Of a DNA stretch of 64,000 nt, positions 18,963 through 29,284 are shown piece by piece (the stretch's first letter is position 1; every line of letters starts with the position of its first letter). Both the position numbers and the translations under genes were made by a program. The stretch lies in assembly GCA_016707685.1 (NCBI GenBank), contig JADJHE010000003.1, forward strand, positions 5,934-69,933, read 5' to 3'. The notes under the pieces are model-generated. The model saw nothing but the letters and a program-made list of their open reading frames with translations, did no database searches and was not told the DNA's origin. This stretch comes from Bacteroidota bacterium. GTDB taxonomy: Bacteria; Bacteroidota; Bacteroidia; 2-12-FULL-35-15.

Positions 18963-21895
18963 TTGAAAAAAACAAATTATATATACGCTTTAATTTTTTG
19001 TTTTTTACAGGTCAATTTTTTTTGTCAAGACGCACATCCATCCTTTGAGCAATATAACGTTGAGGATGGCTTGGCTAGTTCCGAAATTTATCAAGTAAAA
19101 CAAGATTCTAAAGGCTATATCTGGTTTGCAACGGGCAATGGCGTTAGTCGTTTCAATGGATACGAGTTTGAGAATTTTTCGATGAGTAATGGTTTGCCCG
19201 ACAATACCGTTTTTGAGGTAGTTGAAGATTTTGAAGAACGAATTTGGTTTGTTCCTATTTCGTGCAAGCTAAGCTATTATTACAAAGGAAAAATTTATCC
19301 ATTCAAATACAACGATGAATTACAGAAACGAATTAGCGGACGAATAAAAACATCTTTTTGTGTAAATCAGGAGGGAACAATTTTTTTAGGTGTTGGAACG
19401 GATGGCATTTATGAAATTACAAAAGAGGGTAAAATTACCCACCGAATAGAGGAAGGAGCGAGCAAAAACAGCGCAGTAATCACAGAGCCTATTAAAGGAA
19501 GCTATATTTATTCAAACAATCGTTTCAGAGAAAAATATTCGGTATTATTTGATACAGAATTAATAAAAGGAGAAATGCTATTTAGTGAAGACATGAGCTT
19601 GCTTCCTAATAACGCTCGTGTTATAAAAACAAAATCCAATAAAATTTTAATTTCCAGTTTCAATAAACTATTTATTGTATCAGGAAAAGACAATTATCAA
19701 ACAGCACTTTTTCCAAGTCGAATAAATTCAATCTATGAAGACAGTGATGGTGATCTTTGGGTTGGGCTTTATTTAGGTGGTGTGTATTATGTGCCCCATT
19801 ATGATTTTTCTAAGAAAAAGAATTACCTCTTAGACATTTCTGTTAATGGAATTATTCAAGACAAAGAAAAAGGTTTTTGGTTTGCAACAGAAGGTAGTGC
19901 AGCTTATTATAGCCCTTCAAAGCAGTTGTTAAACTATGATCGCGACTCCAAACTAAAAGACAATCGAACCAATTGCTTAGCAACGGATGGCAATTCTGTT
20001 TATGTTGGTTTACAAGGTGGTTTTGTGCATAAAATAGATTTAAATGGTGAAATAAAGACTTATGATTGCAACAAAAAAGGAGAATATCCCAATGGTGTTT
20101 CTGCTTTGTTTTATGATAATGAAACCGATGCGTTATTTGTTTCTGGGAACCTAAAAAACCTTGTATTAAAAAACAATCAGGTTTCTTCTACGGAAGAGGT
20201 AATTCGTTTCCGAGGAGTTCAAAAAGATGAAAAAGGAACGTATTGGTTGGCCTGTTCATATGGTTTGGGTAAAATAGAGAAGGGTGGAAAACTAGAAATT
20301 TTATTTCAAAAGGAAAAAGAGCTAAAGCGCATCAATGCCCTTTTGTGGGACAAAAACAAAAAACTTTTGTTTGCTGCAATTGATGGTTTGTGGCGCTTTG
20401 ATCCAGAAACAAACAATTGTGATTATTTAGGAGAAAAAGACCCACTTTTAAAAGTTCGAATGTTGGATTTAAAATACATGTCGAATGGTTCCCTAGTCAT
20501 TGCAACGAAAGGCGCTGGTCTTTTAATTTATGATGAGAGTAGAGTTTACCAAATAAACGAGCAGAAGGGTTTGTGTGGTGATAATGTTTACAAGGTTTGT
20601 ACAGATGGAAATACCGTTTGGGCGGCTACAAACAAGGGTTTAAATAAAATCGTTTTTTCACAAAACGAACCACAACAATATACGATCACCAGTTTTACAA
20701 CTTTTGACGGATTGGCATCAAACGAGATAAACGATGTGCTTAAGTTTGACAGTAAAATTTGGGTTGCAACCAACAAAGGACTAACGGTTTTTAATCCGAA
20801 TCAATTAACCAAAACAAGCGTTTCGATCCCACTTTACATTAACAAAGTGCTCGTAAATGACGAAGATCAAGTTTTAGAAAAAGTTTATCAACTAAAACAC
20901 AACCAAAATAATCTGAAAATTAGTTTTATTGGTTTGGGCTATAGAAATGCCGGAAAGTTAAAATACCGCTATAAAATGCTTGGTATTGGTTCGGATTGGA
21001 ATTATACCGAATCAAGGGAAATACAGTTTACAACGCTCCCTGCTAATGAATACACTTTTGTTTTGTCGGTGTTAAACCCAGACGGAACCTGGAGCAAAAA
21101 CGAAGAGGTAATTAATTTTATAGTGCTGGCTCCATTTTGGCAGAAATGGTGGTTTTTGGGTTTAATGGTGCTGCTTTTATTTTTTGTTATTGTATTAGTA
21201 ATCCGATATCGTGTTAATAAAGCTCATCGTGAGGAAGAAAAAAACCTCAGCCTATACAAAGTGTTGATGGGTTTAAAACTAAAGGCGCTGCGCGCCCAAA
21301 TGAACCCTCATTTTACATTTAATGTGATGAATTCTATTCAACACTTTATTCTGAATAAAGATGAAGAGTCGGCTATTCGTTACCTTTCAAAATTTTCAAA
21401 ACTAATACGTGCAATTTTAAACAATTCAGAAAAAAACACAATTACCGTATCCGAGGAATTAAATGTATTGGAGCTTTATATGGAATTAGAAGCCATGCGT
21501 TTTGAGCAGCGATTTGAATATGAAATATACGTTGAAGAAACAATTGACAGAGAGGCCGTTGAAATACCATCCATGTTAATTCAACCATATGTGGAGAATG
21601 CTGTTAAGCACGGGATATTGCCATCTGCACAAAAAGGAAAATAAAAATAGAACTGTACAAGGAGGGCAAGCTTATTAAATGTGTTATTGAAGACAACGGA
21701 GTGGGTAGGGTAAAAGCGGGCGAAACAAAAGAAAGCGATGAACACAAGTCGTTTGGAACAAATATTACTCAAGAGCGCCTTGCAGTTATTAACGAGTTGT
21801 ATAACAGTAAATTATCCGAAAAAGTAGTTGATTTATATGATGAAGCAGGCAATGCAATTGGAACAAGAGTAGAAATTTTTATACCCATTGATTAA
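18963..21895 (+). CDS. Sensor histidine kinase with periplasmic Y_Y_Y / two-component-regulator-propeller domain and LytS-type His_kinase plus HATPase; frameshift in an A-run near 21630-21650
   Basis: β-propeller repeats (…GYIWFATGNGVSRFNG…), then TM, then …MNPHFTFNVMNSIQ… (His_kinase PF06580-type). After …SAQKGK the reading continues in another frame as IKIELYKEGKLIKCVIEDNGVGRV… (HATPase). The start codon is uncertain (TTG at 18963). Confidence 0.8.
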
Positions 21896-21898
21896 TTT

Positions 21899-22629
21899 AT
21901 GAAAGCAATTATTGTTGAAGATGAAAAGAAAGGACAAGAGATTCTCTCTTCTTTAATTTTAAAATACTGCACCGATGTAGAAATTATTGGAATGGCCGAC
22001 AATGCGGAGGACGCTTATTTGCTGATAAAAAAAATGAAACCCGATGTTGTGTTTTTAGACATTGAAATGCCCAAAGGGAATGGGTTTTATTTACTAGAAA
22101 AATTCGACAAAATAAATTTTCAAATCATTTTTACAACCGCTTACGATAATTATGCAATAAAAGCGATTAAGTACCATGCATTGGATTATTTACTAAAACC
22201 AATTGATATTGATGAGCTAAAGCAAGCTGTTGAGAATGTTAAAAAGGCATTGTTAAAGCCAGAGAATACAAGGTACATCGATTTTTTAACAACACGTAAA
22301 TTAGATTTTGAAAATCGATTAGGCCTGCCTGTAAAGGATGGAATCATGTACCTTCAGGTGGCAGACATAATTCGCATTGAGTCAGACGGAAGCTATTCAA
22401 CCATTTATTTATCAAAATCACAGAAACATGTAGTGTCCAAAAATTTAAAAAGAGTATGAAGATGTTTTACCGGTAAAGGAGTTTTTTAGGGTACACAAAT
22501 CACATTTAATAAATATTAAAAAAGTAAAAAAATACGTTCGTCAAGATGGTTATTTTGTGGAAATGGAAGACGGAAGCCAAGTAGAAATAGCACGAAGAAA
22601 GAAAGACGAGTTTTTACAGACCATGAACT
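21899..22629 (+). CDS. LytTR-family response regulator (REC plus LytTR DNA-binding domain); frameshift at an A5 run near 22447-22451
   Basis: REC domain (…VVFLDIEMPKGNGF…). The LytTR domain continues out of frame (…KEYEDVLPVKEFFRVHKSHLINIKKVKKYVRQDGYFVEMEDGSQVEI…). Confidence 0.85.
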
Positions 22630-22656
22630 TACAGTAATAAAAAGAAACTTTTTAAT

Positions 22657-22695
22657 TAAAACAACCAGCGGTTTACCGTTGGTTGTTTTTTTTTG
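22657..22695 (+). terminator. Rho-independent terminator after the response regulator gene
   Basis: aaACAACCAGCGGtttaCCGTTGGTTGTttttttttt. Confidence 0.55.
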
Positions 22696-22828
22696 ACCGA
22701 TGGTTGACTCAAACTCTCCGAAGATAAATCCTCGCTTTTTTTCATTTCAAATTGCTACACATTTGTGCCATCAAATAGAAAGAATTAAAAATAAATCAAT
22801 AATTAACAATTAAACCAAAACCAAAAAA

Positions 22829-23809
22829 ATGAAAAAACAAACCATCATTGTTGCTGCAGCAATTGCTGTAGTATCAAGCTTAGGCTTAACATCTTGTAAA
22901 AAAGAAACATTAACACCAGATGCAGCCGTGTCTACACCAAGTGTTGAAAGTGCAGACGAACCAGGTAGAACACCAACGTATTATTCTGGAATTGTATCTA
23001 ACAATGGATACCCAGCTAATGGACAAACAGAAATGGGTTATTATTCAACTAACGCTTATTTTGGTCAAGCAGCACCAATACTTCAAGCTTTTGGAGGGTT
23101 AACAACGTCAACAATTAAAGGCTGTGCAGCAACAAAACAATTAATTGTTTTTGCTTATAAAGCAGCAGACGGTGTTACTTATTTAAATTTTGTTCAAACT
23201 GGAATTGCATACCCAACACCTACTACTGGACAAGAAATTCCAGTGTTATTAAACGGATCAACTTTATTTAATTATCCAATCGAGGAGATTGAGGTAGATC
23301 CTATTTCTAAAGACGTTTATGCTGTAACAAGAGTTGGTAATGCAGTTAAGCTTTACCGTATTGATGGTATCAATAGTGCATCACCAGGAACAGCTGTTCT
23401 TATGACGTATCCTCCAAATAACAATAACATATTTGGTAATCCATTAGGAAATGGTTACAAATGGGGTTCAATCACATTTGTTCCAAATGGCGATGGTACA
23501 AACAGATTAGTGTTTGCTTCTGAATCAAATGTATATGCTGCTTTAGGTATTGTTACATGGCATTTCAATATTTCAGGAACATCTTTAACCGTTTTATCAG
23601 CACAAAACAGAACCTATAGCACTGCTACATCTGGCATTGCTGCTGGAACTGGACTTAACACGGTTTATTTCAACGGAAAATACGCTGTTGCAAGAAACAA
23701 TGGTAATTTGTATGAGTTGAATTTATCGGCAAACAACCTGCCTGCAACACAACTTACAACAACTCCAATGCAAAATTCTAACGATTTTGGTCACTGGACA
23801 AACCAATAG
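22829..23809 (+). CDS. Hypothetical lipoprotein (326 aa)
   Basis: Lipobox …SSLGLTSCKK. Ser/Thr/Asn/Gly-rich, likely β-rich secreted protein. No recognisable family. Confidence 0.6.
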   Translation: MKKQTIIVAAAIAVVSSLGLTSCKKETLTPDAAVSTPSVESADEPGRTPTYYSGIVSNNGYPANGQTEMGYYSTNAYFGQAAPILQAFGGLTTSTIKGCAATKQLIVFAYKAADGVTYLNFVQTGIAYPTPTTGQEIPVLLNGSTLFNYPIEEIEVDPISKDVYAVTRVGNAVKLYRIDGINSASPGTAVLMTYPPNNNNIFGNPLGNGYKWGSITFVPNGDGTNRLVFASESNVYAALGIVTWHFNISGTSLTVLSAQNRTYSTATSGIAAGTGLNTVYFNGKYAVARNNGNLYELNLSANNLPATQLTTTPMQNSNDFGHWTNQ

Positions 23810-23828
23810 TTTAAAGGGTTAGTATAAA

Positions 23829-23862
23829 AAAGCCTCGAGGATTTATTCTCGAGGCTTTTGAT
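23829..23862. terminator. Bidirectional rho-independent terminator between convergent genes
   Basis: aaaaAAGCCTCGAGgatttattCTCGAGGCTTttg. Confidence 0.7.
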
Positions 23863-23869
23863 TTGAATA

Positions 23870-24328
23870 CTATTGAGGTCTGTAAATTTGGTATTTCCCC
23901 TTATTGAGGTAGTTTAAGTTAATATCAGAAAGTAAAACAAAGCGTTTGCCGTTTGAGTTTTGTTCGGCAATGGTGTATTCTCCTTTATTTATTACTTTAT
24001 AAATGATTGCTGTGTGTTTTGGGAAGCTTTTCCAACTCTTGTCGGGGTATGTAAGTTTCACCCCTTCAAATTGTATAATATCGCCAGGAAAAACGTTTTC
24101 TTTTTTGTCGTTTATTTCTTTTCCAAATTCGTATGGACTTTTCCAGTTGGCGCCAGCTTCATTGAGTGCACTAGCGGCTAAATCCCAACACTCACCCTTT
24201 CCCACTTTTTTGCCCATTTGCTTATCGCAGAAAGCAATAATTTTTTTATTAATTTCTGGAGTTTGCTCGTTTGTTTGATTGGTATAAACAAATGCGAAAC
24301 TAGCTGCAATTAAAAGAAATGCCTTCAT
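23870..24328 (-). CDS. Small secreted papain-fold (CHAP-like) cysteine amidase/peptidase candidate
   Basis: Sec signal. A Cys in a GKGECWDLAASA context and a downstream His in KHTAIIYKV, with an intervening PGDIIQF, resemble the CHAP Cys/His arrangement. The family call is tentative. Confidence 0.4.
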   Translation of the reverse strand: MKAFLLIAASFAFVYTNQTNEQTPEINKKIIAFCDKQMGKKVGKGECWDLAASALNEAGANWKSPYEFGKEINDKKENVFPGDIIQFEGVKLTYPDKSWKSFPKHTAIIYKVINKGEYTIAEQNSNGKRFVLLSDINLNYLNKGKYQIYRPQ

Positions 24329-24398
24329 TGTTTATTTTTATTAGGAGTTAATGCAACAGCAAAAAAGCAAGTTCTTATAAACGTAAAAATAAATGTAT

Positions 24399-24803
24399 TT
24401 ATTTTATCAGCACCCCTTTTTTATTAATGTAGGGTACCAGAATAAAATTTTCTTCTTTGATTGTTTCGGGAAGGAAAATGTATTTTTTATCATACATCAC
24501 ATTGTCTTGAAAAAAGCTAACCCAGTATTCGTTGTTTAAGCCAAAAACAGATTCGTCAATAGGTTCTATTTTAGAAAAGCTTTTTGCTTTTACAACATCT
24601 AAAAAATGACGAAGGGTTGATGTTTTTACCTCTTCTCCGTTATGTAGTCCATATCCATGCGAGGTAGACAAAACGCCTTCAATGTCTTGCTTTTTTAGAT
24701 TAATTAAATAGACATTCCAAATTTTTTCTGCAAGCTCATTCTCCTCTTGAACAACAGCAACAGCAATATCTTCAACAATAGGAGGGGCAATATCTTTTTT
24801 CAT
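24399..24803 (-). CDS. Hypothetical cytoplasmic protein (134 aa)
   Basis: No signal peptide and no recognisable motif. Immediately upstream of, and co-oriented with, the CHAP-like gene. Confidence 0.5.
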   Translation of the reverse strand: MKKDIAPPIVEDIAVAVVQEENELAEKIWNVYLINLKKQDIEGVLSTSHGYGLHNGEEVKTSTLRHFLDVVKAKSFSKIEPIDESVFGLNNEYWVSFFQDNVMYDKKYIFLPETIKEENFILVPYINKKGVLIK

Positions 24804-24832
24804 AAGCGAAATTAAAAAATTAAAAACTATTT

Positions 24833-25996
24833 TTAGTTACCGTACATTTCAAGTGCAGCATCTAAATAATACATTACATCTTTTGGTGTTTCGTTGCCAG
24901 TTGGTTTTTCTCTTTTTTTACCCAAGCGTACCACTACCATTTTTTTATCAGGAATACACAAAATGTATTGACCAAGTATACCACGAGCATAAAAAATGTT
25001 TTTCATTTTATAATCAGGAATTAACCACCAAGCATATCCATAGCGCTGATTGCGGCCACCTTCGTCAGCTAAATCAGCAGGAATAATTGAGTTCATTACA
25101 AACTCTTGGTTGATTAATTGGTTGCCATTCCATTTACCAGAATCTAAGTAGAGTTGACCAATACGAGCAAAGTCGGGGGCATTAGCGTTAAAACAACAAT
25201 AAGCTTTTTCCATGCCATCCTTGTGGTCAAGGCTCCATTGTGCTGCATTTTTTGCACCCAAGGGTTTCCATAGTTTTTCTGACATGTATTCACTCAGCGT
25301 TTTGCCCGTTACTTTTTCTATAATCATTCCTAAAAGCTCAGAGTTTCCACTCAAATATTTGAATGTTTTGCCGGGTTCATCTTGTGCTTCATAGCCAAGT
25401 GTTAATTCCTTTATTTCGCTGCCATAATAAGCTTGTGCTGGATAAGCAAGTGGGTTTACATAATCTTCGTCAAAATTGATTCCAGAGCTCATGGTTAACA
25501 AATGTTTGATGGTAATGTTGGCATTCTTTCCTTCTTTAAACTGTGGAAAAAAATCGCCAATGGGCTGGTCTAGACTTTTGATTTTTCCTTCGTCAATAGC
25601 AGCTCCAATTAAAATTCCAACAAAGGTTTTTGCCATAGAAAAAGAGTTGCTGTGCGAATCGGCATCATAACCATCCCAATATTGTTCGTGGATAATAGAA
25701 TCGTTTTTAATAATTACATAAGCAACGGTTCCTAAATCAGTAAAATTTTTTTCGAGTGTTGCAGGTATTTTCGATGAATTGTAACGTGTAGATTTTTTCC
25801 AAGCAAGGTAATTCCCTGCCTTTACTTCTCTGTTTTCGAATATTTGATACTCATCGATACTTGGGCCTGGTCGGCCTTTCAAATAGGTATTTGCGATGCC
25901 TTTGTATAAATAGGTTTTGCCGGAAACAAGGATTGCAATGTTCAATATTACCAAAATGATTAAAAACCATTTTCCGATTTTTTTCAGAATTTTCAT
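24833..25996 (-). CDS. Serine hydrolase of the beta-lactamase / transpeptidase superfamily
   Basis: SxxK motif (SFSMAKTF) and a class-C-like fold. The N-terminal TM anchor starts at MKILKK… The longer ORF start at 26056 would run into the terminator hairpin. Confidence 0.8.
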   Translation of the reverse strand: MKILKKIGKWFLIILVILNIAILVSGKTYLYKGIANTYLKGRPGPSIDEYQIFENREVKAGNYLAWKKSTRYNSSKIPATLEKNFTDLGTVAYVIIKNDSIIHEQYWDGYDADSHSNSFSMAKTFVGILIGAAIDEGKIKSLDQPIGDFFPQFKEGKNANITIKHLLTMSSGINFDEDYVNPLAYPAQAYYGSEIKELTLGYEAQDEPGKTFKYLSGNSELLGMIIEKVTGKTLSEYMSEKLWKPLGAKNAAQWSLDHKDGMEKAYCCFNANAPDFARIGQLYLDSGKWNGNQLINQEFVMNSIIPADLADEGGRNQRYGYAWWLIPDYKMKNIFYARGILGQYILCIPDKKMVVVRLGKKREKPTGNETPKDVMYYLDAALEMYGN

Positions 25997-26043
25997 ACCA
26001 AATAATTTATAATTCAAAAATACACCAATAATTGAAATAAAAA

Positions 26044-26071
26044 ACGCCTCGTCCATTATTGGACGAGGCGT
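26044..26071. terminator. Bidirectional rho-independent terminator
   Basis: aaaaACGCCTCGTCCattattGGACGAGGCGTtttagg. Confidence 0.65.
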
Positions 26072-26089
26072 TTTAGGGTTTAGTTTTTA

Positions 26090-29000
26090 TTATTTAGTAA
26101 TCACTAATTTTTGAACAACATTTTTATTTTCTGTTTTAACGGTTAGGAAATATGTTCCAGCGTTAATGTTTTCAGTATTTAAAGAAACAATTTGTCCTTG
26201 TGCAACATTTTGAATTGTTGATGAAGAAACCGTTCTTCCTGTTACATCTGTAATTGAAATGATAGAACCATTTGCAATTGCAGCATCAAATCTTACGTTT
26301 ACTTGACCATTTGCAGGGTTTGGATATACTGCAATTGTGTTTTCAACTGTTGTGTTATTTATTCCTGTAACATTTCCAACAGTTGCAGTAACCGTGTCAC
26401 GAACGCTTGTACAAGCTATTGATGGTCCTTCAATTTGGATGTCGTAAAAATAGTAATAAACAGTTGTTCCTTGATTTGATCCTGTTAATGTCACATATCC
26501 ATTCAATACATATGGATAAGCCGTTCCTTGGTTGCTTCTAAATAATTTTGGAGCAACAGAACCTAAGTTTGTTTGGTTAACAGTTGTGTTTGTTGTTAAA
26601 CGATAAGCTGTTCCAACATTTAATGACCAGTTAAGCGTTACTACTGTTGTGTCTGCAGGTAAAGCAATTGACAAAGAGTTGATAACTGTTCCAACAGAAT
26701 TTTTCAATTGAATTTCACGTGTTCCAGCAACATCTGTGTATACTTTAACAGTTTTTAATGTACAAGTTCCTAATACATCAAAATCAACAGATCCATTTGT
26801 TGTAGTTGAATAGTTGTTTGTTCCTTGGAAAAATTCTGGACCAACACCATTAACTGCTCCTGGGTAGTTGAATGATTCCTCAACGAAATAATTTGTTGTT
26901 GTACTAATTACCGGTGTTGTGTAATTAGCGCCAGTAGCTAATAATGTTCCACCAACCGCTTGGTTATACCAAGTAATGTTTGAACTATTAGTACCAGTAG
27001 CGGTTAAGTTAAATGATGTTGGAGTTGCACTTGTTTGGTCAACTCCAGCAGGAGCTGGTGATGTGCTAACAGTAACAGCTGTTGGCGCAGCATTAAATGC
27101 AGCACAAGTTCCTTGAATTGTTAAGTTGTAAGTTCCAGATGTTGGAGGGTTAATAGATTGAGTCGTTGCAGTAAATCCGTTTGGACCCGTCCAAGTATAT
27201 CCAGCAGCAGCAGTACTAGAAAGTGTTAGTGTTCCTTGGCAAGTATTTGCTCCAGATTGACTAACGGTTGGTGTTTCGTCTGGGTTTAATACAACTGCTA
27301 CTGTTGGAGAAACGTTTGTACAAGCACCATTAGATACTAATACGTTAAAGTTTCCTGTTGTAGATGTTGTTACGGATTGCGTTGTTGCTCCTGTATTCCA
27401 GTTGTATGATGAAAAACCGTTATTAGCAGTCAATGTTAATGTTTGGCTAGTACACAAGTTGTATGGACCAGGGATTGTGTTGTTTGTAATACTACAAGTT
27501 CCTTCTACAGAAGAAACAAACTGATCAGCATTCAATGAACCAAAGTTTGTTGTTAAACCAGATGGCCAATCGATACGAGCAGAGTCAATTGTTGTGTTTG
27601 TTCCCAAACCAAAGTGCAAGTTAAACGAGTTAACAGTACCATAGCTTTCGCCAGCACGCACTTCACGAATTTGTGTTCCAAATGCTCCGTAGATTGTAAC
27701 ACGTGCACCAATTGCATCGTGATTACTAACTGTTCCTGTTAAAGCAAATGTAATAAAGTGGTTTGCATTTTTATTGTTTAAATACAAAACATCGTTTGTT
27801 GATCCTGGGCTGTTATAGATATCGCCATAAGAAGCGAAAATATCAGCGAATCCATCGTGATTTAAATCACCACAAGCAAATGAAACCATTCCGCCTGTTT
27901 GTGACATACCAGCGTTACCAACCAATGTAAATGTTTTGTTTCCATTGTTTTTGTATAAAACAAAGTTTGATCCAGTAACGAAAATATCTACAAATCCATC
28001 GTTATCAAAATCTTCGAAGAATGATTCGATTGGTTGTGATCCTGCGCCAGTGGTAGAGAAACCAGTTGTTGCTGTAATATCTGTAAAGTTTCCAGAGCCA
28101 TCGTTTTCAAAAATTTGACTTGCTATATCATGGTTAGTAACCATTAAATCAAAATCGCCATCATTGTCAATGTCACCGTAGCTTCCTGTCCAAGTTTGGT
28201 TAAAATCTCCCGCTTCAATTCCATGTGCAGAAGCCATATCGGTGAAGTTTCCGTTTCCATCGTTTACGAACATTCTGTCTTTTCTTCTTAAGTCAGTAAC
28301 GCTAGATGATGCTTGACGGCAATGAGCAACATAAAAATCCAAATCACCATCATTATCAAAATCTAACCAAGCGCTTCCGTAGTTACCAGAATCTGCAGGG
28401 TCGCCACCATAAGTTGCTGTGCTTATTTGGTGATTAAAAACAATGTTTGGATGTACTGACCAAGTTGGGTGTGTTCCTGATCCTACAACCGAAGTAACAT
28501 TTACAACCATAGCACCTGTTCCTGAGTTATAAGAAGTAACAGTACCTGTCATGTATTTTGTTCCATCATAACCAACCTTTACGGTTTGACCATTTGTAAA
28601 ACTTAAGCCCGTTTGTACGGTTAAACTTTTTGAACCAGTTCCAATAGTCATTGAAGTTGTTGAATGTGCTAAAAACTGTAAATTTCCAGCGCCATCATTC
28701 ATATAAACTTTAGCGTAGGCATTATCATCGCACACATATACATCATCCCATCCATCATTATTAAAATCTCCACAAGTTATATTTTGTGTAAAAAAATTAG
28801 AGTTAGATAGCGTAGTTTGTGTTTTTACAACAGCAGAACCGTTCCAAGAAAGTTTTGCTAAATAAACACTTCCATTTGGACCAGTAACAACATCTTTCCA
28901 TCCATTGTGGTCGAAGTCGGCAACAGCCATTCCCCAAACGCCAGAACCAGAAACGTTTCCAACGTTGTAAGAAGTAAAGTTGCCATTTCTAGCTTGTAAA

Positions 29001-29215
29001 TCAACCCATAGCGTTGTTGATTGATCCATACGAACGATATCATCTAATCCATCGTTGTTTACATCCACTACAGTAACACAGTTTCCACTGCGCATGCTTG
29101 TAGGGGTTAATCGAGAGTTTGAATTTGTAAATCCAAACTGTGCGTTTGCGTTTAACGCTCCAATCACAAGACCAGAGCCTAATGCAACCGTACGCATAAA
29201 AGTAAATTTATTCAT
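26090..29215 (-). CDS. FG-GAP/VCBS repeat plus ASPIC/UnbV domain protein (CRTAC1-like) with T9SS C-terminal sorting domain
   Basis: Signal peptide, repeated …DVNNDGLDDIV… / …DFDNDGDLDFYV… FG-GAP repeats and an …ARIDWPSG… ASPIC/UnbV-like segment. The C-terminus is …AVYPNPANGQVNVRF…YFLTVKTENKNVVQKLVITK. Confidence 0.8.
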   Translation of the reverse strand: MNKFTFMRTVALGSGLVIGALNANAQFGFTNSNSRLTPTSMRSGNCVTVVDVNNDGLDDIVRMDQSTTLWVDLQARNGNFTSYNVGNVSGSGVWGMAVADFDHNGWKDVVTGPNGSVYLAKLSWNGSAVVKTQTTLSNSNFFTQNITCGDFNNDGWDDVYVCDDNAYAKVYMNDGAGNLQFLAHSTTSMTIGTGSKSLTVQTGLSFTNGQTVKVGYDGTKYMTGTVTSYNSGTGAMVVNVTSVVGSGTHPTWSVHPNIVFNHQISTATYGGDPADSGNYGSAWLDFDNDGDLDFYVAHCRQASSSVTDLRRKDRMFVNDGNGNFTDMASAHGIEAGDFNQTWTGSYGDIDNDGDFDLMVTNHDIASQIFENDGSGNFTDITATTGFSTTGAGSQPIESFFEDFDNDGFVDIFVTGSNFVLYKNNGNKTFTLVGNAGMSQTGGMVSFACGDLNHDGFADIFASYGDIYNSPGSTNDVLYLNNKNANHFITFALTGTVSNHDAIGARVTIYGAFGTQIREVRAGESYGTVNSFNLHFGLGTNTTIDSARIDWPSGLTTNFGSLNADQFVSSVEGTCSITNNTIPGPYNLCTSQTLTLTANNGFSSYNWNTGATTQSVTTSTTGNFNVLVSNGACTNVSPTVAVVLNPDETPTVSQSGANTCQGTLTLSSTAAAGYTWTGPNGFTATTQSINPPTSGTYNLTIQGTCAAFNAAPTAVTVSTSPAPAGVDQTSATPTSFNLTATGTNSSNITWYNQAVGGTLLATGANYTTPVISTTTNYFVEESFNYPGAVNGVGPEFFQGTNNYSTTTNGSVDFDVLGTCTLKTVKVYTDVAGTREIQLKNSVGTVINSLSIALPADTTVVTLNWSLNVGTAYRLTTNTTVNQTNLGSVAPKLFRSNQGTAYPYVLNGYVTLTGSNQGTTVYYYFYDIQIEGPSIACTSVRDTVTATVGNVTGINNTTVENTIAVYPNPANGQVNVRFDAAIANGSIISITDVTGRTVSSSTIQNVAQGQIVSLNTENINAGTYFLTVKTENKNVVQKLVITK

Positions 29216-29284
29216 GTTGGGGTAAATAAATTGGTTAATAATTAGTTATCAATTGTTTAGAGAATACTAAAGGAAACAAAAAAA

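Noticed and set aside
18770-19048. 92-aa plus-strand ORF upstream of the propeller kinase
   Set aside because: It overlaps the kinase signal-peptide region in another frame, and its product is low-complexity. The kinase start (TTG at 18963 or nearby) explains the region better.
22920-23102. 60-aa ORF inside the lipoprotein gene
   Set aside because: Alternative frame of a well-supported lipoprotein ORF. No independent support.
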